Under the pieces are notes generated by a model, which was not told the DNA's origin, searched no databases, and saw only the letters and a list, made by a program, of their open reading frames with translations. From positions 115,848 through 179,847 of the forward strand of contig JAQGDQ010000465.1 of NCBI GenBank assembly GCA_030141605.1: 64,000 bases of DNA, in the 5' to 3' direction. Both the position numbers and the translations under genes were made by a program. The DNA comes from Tubiluchus corallicola (lineage: Eukaryota; Animalia; Priapulida). Shown piece by piece: positions 27,501-39,500 of this stretch. The stretch's first letter is position 1. Each line of letters starts with the position of its first letter.

Positions 27501-30500
27501 TGGTCGTCAGAAAAGGATTGAAATATGTTTCCAACTATACGCAGGTGACCATTTGGAACCAAAACAGACGTATTGATCTGTTTTTCAAAATACACGTGGC
27601 ACGCAGAATCATTAAACAGTGATAAATAAGATTTCGTGAGCTTGTTGAATCCGCTATGACTCCATGTACTGGGTTCATTAGAAGGAAGCTTATGGATTAT
27701 CCAGGATTCAATAATGAATCCTTTACAACGCAGCACCTGCTTAGAAACTGGTGCCCACATTGTGAGCAGATTCAATGAACGCAGATCTTCATCATTCATA
27801 ACCCAGGTTAGCTATTAAGCAGAACCATGATTATTGGAACAGAGGTCACATCATGTTAGCAAGAATACGAGGTTCCATTAATAATGATGACGACGAAGAT
27901 GATCATAATAATAATGATGTTGGTGATGACGGTGATGATGATGATGATGATGATAAGAACAATCTTTATTTAAAGTCAGTTTTTAGGATAAACAATTAAC
28001 ATAAGCTCCTAAAAACTTCTGATGATTATGATGACGTTATTTTTGTTGTTGTTGATGATGATGATGATGATGATGATGACGATGATCATAATAATAATGA
28101 TGATTTATGACGACGACGACAACGACGACCATGATGATGATAATAATAATAATAACAACAGTAATAATAATAAAAATGTTTATTTAAAGTCGGTTTTTTA
28201 GGATGAACATAAGCTCCTAAGAACTTTTGGACTGGCTATAAATAACAAACTACAACTACAAAGCAGAGACTATTATTACCCCACTTTAGCCTAAATACCA
28301 CGCGCCAGGCAGGGCAACAGCTCATACCATTTTTAAAGTCTTTGGTATGACCCGGCTGCTGTATCGAACTCACGACCTCCCAGGGAAATGACAATTGCAA
28401 AATTCTACACGAACAAAACTACGATAGTTGCAGTGTACGTCTCTCTTGCAATCACTTACATCCTACTTCCTTGCCTATACCGTTGCCGGCCAACTGCAGT
28501 GTGAACTAGTGTCTGATATGGCCAGTAGAGGTCAGCCACGCTGCACGATACACCGTGATGACCTAGAATTGATTTTTTGAGTAGTTAACCTAATTGAAAT
28601 GAAAATTGTCCACGGCGCCATATGGCCGCAATGCATAAGTGTGCACTATTGTAAACGCAGGGTGTTTATTGCTGATATAATCAAACCCCAGATGAATTAC
28701 CTGCGCGCGCAGAACCGGATGCTTCGCAGCAAATTAATTAGCAGAAAAATAAATTACTGATGGGTTAGTTGCTAGGCCTACCTTCCTTTTCCTTGGGGAT
28801 GCTTCGTCCATGAAGTCAATTGAACCTTCATCCATGTCAATGCCCTCGTCTACAGTCGACGGTGGCGACGCCACCGGCGCATTGTTGCTGTTGTTGTTAA
28901 AGAACGATGGAGGCGAAGGACTTGAGGTGTAACTGGACGAGTAAGCAGCGTCACTGCTCCAACTACCAGTATCTGAAAGAAAACAATGAACAATGAACAA
29001 CGAACAATGAACAATGGACAAATGAACTACAATTGCTTAGGCCTACTGTTCCACAAATATTTCAAGGTGGACTTAGTAAGTTGACTGCAGCTAGGAAAAA
29101 GACTGATATTCTGTCATAATGGTATGATTTGCGTGAGACGAGTAACTTTCAACATTGTTTCTGACAACGGTACGCTGACTGAGCGACTGAGCCTGCCTCA
29201 TTACGCACTACACAGTATTTGCCGCAAGAGAACACGTAATAAAAATTTAATAATCATAGCCATAAATTGAACATTCGATTATCACACGTCAAATAAAAGA
29301 TCTTGCTGAAATAGACCACATTTACATAATGTGCACTTACTGCCACTTAATTGATATACCGACAGTTTCAGAGAAATGTGTTGGAACTGCTGACAAAAAG
29401 AAAACTAACAATGTTCAAGCAAATAAATCATTAACTTTCATTTTGCTTTACTTTCAAAGTATGAATTATCTTGGTCACACTACATTACACTACACTACAC
29501 TACACTACACTACACTACACTACACTACACTACACTACACTACACTACACTACACTACACTACACTACACTACACTACACTAATGATATGTAAGCATAAT
29601 ATATAAAGAAAGATGTTATATTTTCGTGCCTGTCTGCAGAGCTATGCATGTAAAATTCATTTGGCAGTTTACAGATGCCTGAAAACACTCGAAAGCCAAA
29701 GCTGTTACTTTGTTTTCTATCCAATAACATCGTATAACAAAGAAGAACATGTAGAACAACGTAGAACATGTTAAAAACGGTTTACAAATTCCAAAAATCT
29801 CATTTCTCTCTCAACTTTACAAAAACCCCGGCTAAATACTTTAATTATGTTTAATACAATTTAATTTGATTTTAAATAAATCAGTAATAAATATCACTGT
29901 TCGCGAAATGAATATCGGTGCTAATCGAAGAAATAGTCTTTGTAGTTTGCAGTGAATGGAAACTACGTCAAAGCACATATCAACTTATTCTGATCCAAAA
30001 ACACTAGGTTCTCAATCCCACTAATTAAAGTACAACCTTCTTTATAGTGAATTAGCATTTAACACTCGTTAATGCGCAAAATTTACTTTTATTTAGTGCT
30101 ATGAATTGAGAAAATTTTCAGTTAATCTATTTCATTCACAAAACACAGTTCTGTTATAATGAGAAAAAAGAAAAAACGAAGTGTGGTAACGAATCTTCAT
30201 TCAAAATCAAATGCCCGTATGTGGACACCCCTCCCCCATGTGCAACTAGAAGCAGGGCCTATTTCAGCCTAGGCGAGGCCCGAGGAAGTGGGGCGTATGA
30301 GGCCCCATCGTGCTACCATGGTTGGCGCCCAGAACATTTTTGAACTGCTAGAACGCCGGAGAAGCATTTTCGAAGAGAAAATATGGAGTTATACAGTTGT
30401 TAAAGGAAAGAACAATTGAAAGAAAAAATGCTTTATTCTCAAGACCAGTCCTTAATACTTGTCAAGCTGGCAAACGGCACGCGTGCGGCAAGAGAAAGAG

Positions 30501-33500
30501 AGGGAGAGAGGAGGCAGTATGTTCGCATAAAGCAAAAAAATGTTACCTTGGCGCGAGGCCCCCCTGGAGGGCGAGGCCCCGGGGAAGTATCCCCACTTCC
30601 CCCCCTTGAAATAGGCCCTAACTAGAAGAGAAATGAAACTGTTCTCAGAAGTGGAACGCCTGCATAAAAATGTTTAGACTATCACGAGGATCTCTCTACT
30701 ACATCCGAATGTGATGACAATTAATTTGACAGCATGTTCAAAAGACACTCGTCAGTACAAATTACATTATAGCATCATTATAAAATTTACTGCTGCAAAT
30801 GCCATCAAAAGATAAGTAATTTCGATTTTATATAATAGGCAGCGTTCTATAATAAAACGATAATAACAAAGCTTTAGCAAGCACATGCAGCTTACTCAGG
30901 AGTCTGAAGTCTGGAGTTTATTATACCGGCAGTCTCGCTGGTTATTATAAAATCCGCGAACCTTCTCTTTATGTAAAAATTATTTCCAGGAATGGACATA
31001 TTATTATGACAACTTTAGAATTCCACGGTAGCGTAAAGAACATTATTTCGCAAGGTGAACTAGATGATGTAATAAGATCACAGCACTGCCAAGAGGGATC
31101 TCTCTCTTACGTAATTGTCTTTGTGTAATCTCTCTTACACAAAGAAATTATACTGACCATTTGGTCAAGACAGTTTGGCCTCAACTCTGTCAGGATGTTA
31201 ACCTGGTTTTATTATACGGACAAACAAGGGAGATCGAAATGTGAATAAATTCATTACCGCAAAAAGGAGTTGTGACCATATGATTTCCCTGAATTCACCG
31301 CTCTAATATGGGCTCTCGAACGCGTGTACTACGTCACAACTGAACATCTCTGATCTGAGAAGTGTAACACCTGTTTTTTGTGCAGCACATAAGTCATTAT
31401 TGAAAAAAGGTATATTTTTCCCTTTCTATATATTATACTGACCAATAAGTAGATTGTTTTGAGTTATAGTTTAAGACTGGGTCCGGTTTTCCTTTAAATA
31501 AAGTATCTGTGAAAGCCTCATTTTGGTGCCAGGCCAGGGCCCTAAAACGCAGGTACTCGGGTCGTAAGCGCCAACGCAGACAGCGTTCATATTACGTACA
31601 CTAAAAGCACCAACAAATGTCAAACGCAGTGGTACATCAGTTTTTGTTATCTTGCGTTATTTACATGCAGTTTTTCGTTTAAGTGTCTTCTGGTTCTTTA
31701 CTTTTTATAAATTCCGAACTCCTTGCAGTTTTGTGATCGATGACTGATCAGGTTCAAGTCAGGTGAATGATTCTTCTAGTGGGATATTCATGTAGATTAA
31801 ACCAAGGGTTTTGGATACGAATCTGGGTGAAAAATCTTTTTTTCACTTTTTCTAATGTCACTAATTCAGATATGCACCCCAATTTATTTATTCATTTATA
31901 TACATTTCTTTCCGGGTTTATTGCTGTGTTTTCATGATGCTAAGCAGAAATGACTTATGGCCACTCTTCTGAGTAAGCTCGCCATCTGCCCGCCACTATT
32001 GAATGCCATTACTACCGCCATCAGTCTGAAATCACTGTAGCTACTTTACTTTTACTCGTAACTATGTTTTATCACACTATGTATGTGCACACAAGAAACA
32101 CTCGACCCCTATAACACTACGAGCTAGCAAAACGATGCACCTTCGAGTGCATTTAGGGGTCAAACAGTAGAAGTTTAATAATCTGGAATAAATATTTAAG
32201 TTCAGATATTAGCTGGGGTCATTGGAATAGCGAAGAGTACGTGCTACAGCACGCCAGTCTTACTTCATTTGTATGATTTTCACATTTTGCATCGGAATAT
32301 CGATACACAAACAATCATTAAGAGAGTTTAACTTCCACGAAATGCCACCGTGTTTTAAAGACTTTGTGACAAATGTCTTGCGTGAGTTTTGTTCAACAAT
32401 ACGAACAAAATAACCTAGGCAAGGGAACTAGGATGTAAACATTAAACAGGCTTTAAACACCGGGGTCACCGGAAAGGCAGCACTTGCAAGGCAGTAAGTC
32501 GACAACAATCCTGGCCTCCCGGAACTGCAATGCGATGAGGCGCAGTCAGATTTACTACAGGAATGAATTGATTAGTTTACCGGCAAGGGAGCTCAGCGAA
32601 CGTTGGTTCAGTAAAAGTTCATTTAGCCTACTCGATGTAAACACGGTCACAAATGTGAACATCTCGGAGCAGGGGGGGGGGGCGTTTGGGCTTCTTCGCT
32701 AACGTAAGTTCATACGCGTTACTAAACAAGGCAACATAATGTCTGTTTTATCTTTCATTGCGAGTTCTTGTGGGGCGAGTTCGCTGCCGTGCTTAGTCAA
32801 TCCACTGTGTTGACAGAACCACGTTTTGGGCAGAATGGCAGTGGTTTCAAAGCCTGCCTGCGAACAAAAATACCCCCATCAAGCTGAGAATCATGTCATC
32901 TCTGCGACTCATTTTGCTATAAGCGTCAAGTGCTTCTGATGTCCATGAACATTTCAAATCCATTTAATACAAGGCGTATGTTGTGGCGCCCGATTTGTCA
33001 AAAATAAATAAAATTTATACCTACAGAAAGCAAAAAAAAAATTCCGCAACATGTGAACATTTTCCTTTCTAAACTAAAGAAATCGAATTTTATCAATTCT
33101 TTATGCAAATGATGCACTTTGCAAGTTATTTATAGAGCTTTATAATAGGCTGTTTGCAATCTTCTCTTTGAAATTAGAGACGTGCAACCTTCCCTTTACA
33201 CCTGTAGCCATTAACGACTTGCATGTTCATTTATATCTGTGCTCTTATTCTATGTTTGTATGGAATCATGAATAAGTAGACGAAATCAATTACTAGAAAG
33301 TATATTAAACGGAACCTTAGAGCTATAGTCAGAGCTACACAATAATGCGGGAAGATCAATACGTGAGTTTAACTGGAACTTGCGTGTCCTGTATAATATG
33401 CGTATGCATCAGTTGATCCTGTCATGCGACTTTCCTACATCACATGTTGACTTATGACTTGACAAGATCCTGGTGGAGAAGTGAAATTAATGGGATGTAC

Positions 33501-36500
33501 AATTTATATACACAGCTTATGTGTAAACTGTGATGATACGATATGATAATCGTGGGCGAGCACACAGTCAATAAAAATGTCTCATTTTGGCTCAAGTGCT
33601 AACACCACTGACCGATAATAACATAGAAAAAAGTTACGGAAAGAAGTCACAGTTTTGGCTAGGAAAAGGTCACAGGAAAAAAGTCACAACTGATTTTGGC
33701 TAGAGTTAGGGTTAGGATGAGATTTAGAGTTAGAGTTAGGATGAGATTTAGGGTTAGGGTTAGGATGAGATTTAGGGTTAGGGTTAGGGTTAGGATGAGA
33801 TTTAGAGTTAGGGTTAGGATGAGATTTAGGGTTAGGGTTAGGGTTAGGATGAGATTTAGAGTTAGAGTTAGGATGAGATTTAGTTAGGGTTAGGGTTAGG
33901 ATGAGATTTAGCGTTAGGGTTAGGATGAGATTTAGAGTTAGGGTTAGGATGAGATTTAGAGTTAGGGTTAGGATGAGATTTAGAGTTAGAGTTAGGATGA
34001 GATTTAGGGTTAGGGTTAGGATGAGATTTAGGGTTAGGGTTAGGATGAGATTTAGAGTTAGGGTTAGGATGAGATTTAGGGTTAGGGTTAGGATGAGATT
34101 TAGAGTTAGAGTTAGGATGAGATTTAGGGTTAGGGTTAGGATGAGATTTAGGGTTAGGGTTAGGATGAGATTTAGAGTTAGGGTTAGGATGAGATTTAGG
34201 GTTAGGGTTAGGATGAGATTTAGAGTTAGAGTTAGGATGAGATTTAGGGTTAGGGTTAGGATGAGATTTAGGGTTAGGGTTAGGATGAGATTTAGAGTTA
34301 GGGTTAGGATGAGATTTAGGGTTAGGGTTAGGATGAGATTTAGAGTTAGAGTTAGGATGAGATTTAGGGTTAGGGTTAGGATGAGATTTAGGGTTAGGGT
34401 TAGGATGAGATTTAGGGTTAGGGTTATTACTTTATTTCCTGGATTCGCCCACAGCTGTATAAGATTCTAACTAAGAAAATGCACCGACGAATGTATCCAT
34501 TTTAATGTTTTTATCTGTTCAAGTAAACACGCATTCGTACACACTATGGTAGCAGGAGCTGCTATTCTTAAAAAGGTAGCAAATTTACGTTAATTAGGCC
34601 GATCGATAATCAGCGAAATTTGTGCATTTTAGAACGGCTACGTTGCACAAACTATGTGCCTGCATTGTACTGGAATCCCAAGCAATGAAAGTAACATCGA
34701 TTCTATGTATGTATGTATGTAATCAATGACTTGTGATACATTTTCATAATCCTGTGCACGGTCGAGTACAGCTTCTCAGCTCGATCAATAACAGAGAACT
34801 GGGCTTCTCCAGAATGCACAACGATTACGTGAATGGTTTCAGCAAGACTACAATGTTGACAATTTGTAGCTATCTCTCTCATTCCAGGAAAGATTCATTT
34901 GAGGAAAACATACAGCACGCCTGATCAAATGAGGGGGGTGATCACGCACACGTAAAAGGGCATGCAGGTGAAAAAATTGTACTAATTAAAAACAACCACT
35001 ATATCGTACTATTTTACCTAGAAATTACTGGTGATTTACTGCAAGAATTCAACTTGTTTATGTCTAAATCTACTTTTAACCAAAATAGTTTTATGAAATT
35101 TGCTCACTTTGCTCCAAAGTAGCACTGGAACCCTATATCTCTCTGATATATACGTCTAGTTCCTAAGCTGAACAGTAAGACTAAAGCGCTCTTAGATAGT
35201 CCGTCTTATAGCGCTCAATCGTATTCACCTTTCAACTACTGTACATGTAAAACAGAAACGACGCAGAAAGATTGGCAAATTATCCAGTTTGCTTATCATT
35301 TCCTAAAGTTTAGGAAAAACTATATGCCTGTATCTGTAACCTAACATTCTGAAAATCTCGCGTCGTTGTAGTTAGCACAGGTATCACTGTGATTAACCCT
35401 TTCAGTCCCAAATTATTTTTTAATAAGAAAACATTTTTTGTCTTGGTACTTTTGTTCCCAATGTATCCTGTGGGATACACAACATTCTTTGTCATGTGCA
35501 AAAAAAACAAAGTTCGACTTTTGTAAAAATACAACAAAAGCATAAAATGTGCTTCATTTTGCAACTGCTGATATTTTTTTAAAGTATTTAAGACATTTAG
35601 TATGCATGCTATGCTGATCTGTACAAAGTCATCTCTAAAGTACTGTACCTTGCGCAGTTTTTTATGCTATGTAGATTTTCTAGTTTGCCATTTTATCACC
35701 ATTTTTAGTCTATTGTTATTGGCTTAAATCAAAATAACTATTAACGGATCAAATAACTGTCAGTTTTAAAATTTTATTAATTTCAAAGGCAGAAAATATT
35801 CTCGTATCCCACGGGATACAACGGGTATGAAAGGGTTAAATTATTTACTGATGTCAGTCTATAAACCTGCTAACTAATATGACGAATGAAAAGAAACGAT
35901 TAAATGTCTTTAAGGCAAGTAAAAAGTTCTTGTTTTTTTTCTCGTGACAAAATTGATCGGATAAGTAAATAATCATCGACCACAAAGCTGAGTCACCCGC
36001 AATGCGAGTTCAAAGGTCATGCAAACTTGTCAAGTTTTGATATTCAAGGTCCATAATAACAAATACGTAAATTTAATCGTCTGTAATTAATTACTGTCAA
36101 ACATAATGGATCTGTAAAAGTTTAAAATCAACCTTGAATCAATTATGTAAACGAGGATGGGTTTAAAATTAGCAAGCGATCTAGTGCACGCCTAGCCAGA
36201 TGTCAATAACTTTCTCTTCGCAAACTTCGCTTGTAATACCCCAAATAAAATTGACTTAAATTGTAAGAGGCGAGATTAAATTGCAACTTCGCGAGGGTAG
36301 AGCATGCACGCAGCCAGGGGCAAAAAAAACTGCCAATCTTGGCAACAAATTACCAGCAGAGCTGTGGACTGCCAGGTAGCTTCGTAATAACTACGTATTT
36401 CCTGTACCAAATCAACATGAAACAGACCACAAAGTTATGTCGACGCCATAGATATATATATCCACATATACATTTTTATAAGCGTGAATTTATATTTATG

Positions 36501-39500
36501 TGCAGTATAACTGATTCTACAGACAACTTTATTGACTTTTTATATCGTTCTGGATTTCGTTTCCATGGCATTAAGTATACGACGATGACACAAGCATAAA
36601 CTAGAAGAACGCAGAGTCGACATGTTTTCAATAGAATTTCCAATCAATCAAAACACGTAAAGTTGTAATCTCATAAACAGTTTCGAATTAAAATTAAGAG
36701 TAATATCAAATCTCTCACTACAAGAGGCGAAATACAGTACCAAGTATCGGCATTATCTATCCAAAACCTTGTCGTCAGAAGAAATAAAATAACGCAATAA
36801 AAGTCCAGATTGAAACTAAATGGTAAATATTTCTGGTAGTTGTTTTCAGATTATTAAATCATTCCAGGAATTACCATTTATAAAAATTCGGAAGATTGAA
36901 CACCGAAATACTTAGGGGTTACATAAAGGCATTTGCTACTGCAAATGAACATCATTTTTGAGTACAGGAACAATGTTATACGAAGAAACTATTTTTATAA
37001 GTTAAATCAAAAGTAAGACTTTATACCTACTAATCAGTAATGAGTCATATACATTGTCTTTAATTTTTAAATGAGACCGGACAGCAGGGGCGTCTCCAGG
37101 TTGCATTAAACAACTGCATGACCTCAACCGGGTGTAAGTATAATACGCCAACGCCATCAAATTCGATGGGAAATTGAATATTATTATATTGTACATCGTA
37201 ACACGACATACAACGGAGAGAGCTCAGCACTTTATAAGTGCTACTGCATTTTATAACCGATAATGGAGAGAAAATCATTAAGCTTACAACCGGCTAGAAT
37301 GTATTTGTTACACAGTGGAATTCAATCGTTTCTAGTTTAGTTGGCAGAAGAGAAGGCCGCGTGATGACCCACTTACTAAACAGAACACATATTTACAGCA
37401 TTGCGTTCGAGGCCAACCACATATATGATAAACCGCTACGAGCAAGACAGCCCAACTCGCGAGGCCTTACCGAAATTTAAAACACAACTCATTAGACCGG
37501 AACACGCATTATCCCCAAGGCAAGGCTTATAACAACCCGTAGTACAATGCTGCTTTTGGCAAAAAGCTATTACGAGTTGTGGAAATTTAAATAACCCTGC
37601 ACCGGTATTAAGTAACAAAAGAGGCGGTGCACTGGCGGTGAATCAGCGAGCAATGTGGCCTGAAATGTTTTCATAGGACTCGCACGCGCGCACACAGCAG
37701 TGTTTGTACACCGTGAATCTATACAAATTAGACTGGCTAATCAACATACTAGATTGGCTTAGACTTGGAACGAATTCATTAAACAACTCATTGTATAGGA
37801 AACATTTTGACCCTTCCCCTCTTTATAACATCGTTTTTTTTTGTGGTTGAAGACCTTGTTTTTTCCTTATTACAATGCCCGAAGTACAATTGTTCAAAAC
37901 AGATCTTTATTGCTAACATTATATTCCATAGGTTTTACAAGTCAAATATAGACACAGGAAAGTTCAAATGTGACTTAGGTATGTCAAATGTAGACATAGG
38001 AATTTCGAATGTGTTTTGGTAACTCAAATGTGACTTAGGTAAGTCAAATGTAGACATAGATATTTCGAATGTGTTTTGGTAACTCAAATGTGACTTAGGT
38101 AAGTCAAATGTAGATGCATTACTTTGAATAAATCCGTAAATTACAAAAAGATAAACCAAAGATGGTCATCACCTCTTTCAGAACTTTGAAAAATGCGTTG
38201 TTTATCCTGAAACTAAATTTTTTGATAAACCATAACGTCGATAGAAAAGAATAAATTGGTTCCCACTTCCCAATGAACAGTGAATCACCAATTACGCTTA
38301 AGATTTCGTGAAAACCATTGTTAACACATTTGAACTACCTAAGTCTACATTTCAGTTACCAAGACACATTTGAATTGCCTAAATCTACATTTGAGTTAAC
38401 GCAGGTCTACATTTGACATGTAAAACCTATACAGTCTAAACGTCAAACATAATGCCTTGTGTGCTAACAAGGCAGCATGTCTGTCAGTAGTTGTAATGAT
38501 TATAATATTATGATATATTATGATATATTATGATATATTTTTATACTAAATTATAATGATGTTATATACATTTCATTGTGTTCAAAATCAAATGTGACAT
38601 TTTCTTTGTATTTTACAGCCATTGCAAGTCCTAAAGGTGTCATTTTTTCACCAACCCGGAGACGCTAATTTTTAATGAGTTTAATTAATTTTAATGATGC
38701 TGTTGGAGTGAAATTGGTAAAAAAATCTAATGTGTATCAGAAGAGGTTTGAGTTAAACTCGCCGAGGTTTCATTTTCAATTCCGAAAATAAAGAAATATG
38801 TTTGCAAAAAATGCTAAATAACCGCCAAGAAAGATGGCTGCTATCGTAAAATGGTCGTGTTTTAGGAAAACTAAAGCGACTTCTTATTTATCTCATTGTT
38901 TCCACTTCTCTGGTTACTTTAGCTTCAATCGACATATTTATATGACTTAGAAATTCACCAGATTACAGAGAAACTGCATAGCTGTAACAATTTCATTCCA
39001 AACACACAAATTCTGGACCCCATTTCCTCTAAAGTAAAAACTAACAACCGAGCAGTAGACGAGTATATTCGACGATCTCACTTTTTCAGCCAAAATGAAG
39101 AACCAAATATTACTTTATTTCCATCTTAAATAGTTTCTTACGCTTGGTATTTTAGACAGGTTTGAAAAATTCTTTTATTGTCATCTAGTGGGCCAGCACA
39201 ATGAGTCAGTTCTGCTTGAAAGAACAGTTAAATGATAGTAAACTTTTCCACCAATCATAAACGTATCAGTTTCAGTCTGCTAAATGCAATAATCGTACCA
39301 GTCTTAAAATTCAAGTCACGGGAGCTTTAGTATCAGGGAGAGGCAAGAAATGACATCAGTTTTTATGATCCCTCTCCATTTAGGACGAGACTAAGCACTG
39401 CTTAACTTCAGCAGCAGCAAAAAGCACATTCTCATCACTCACCTATACCCCTGCTGCTGTATTTCATACTCCTAATTATATTTATACAGAGTTAAACAGT

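Noticed and set aside
27224-27799. 191-aa ORF in sense within ZNF704-like intron 3
   Set aside because: No recognisable domain, it runs through low-complexity sequence, and the flanking exons already join in phase without it.
33696-34470. MRFRVRVR-repeat ORFs, or a true telomere or fusion site
   Set aside because: Translation of a 24-bp satellite. It is intronic, not pure TTAGGG, and has no head-to-head inversion.
39370-39412. Possible 5S rRNA-derived fragment (GAAGTTAAGCAG on the - strand)
   Set aside because: Only about 12 nt match convincingly, which is too short to call.
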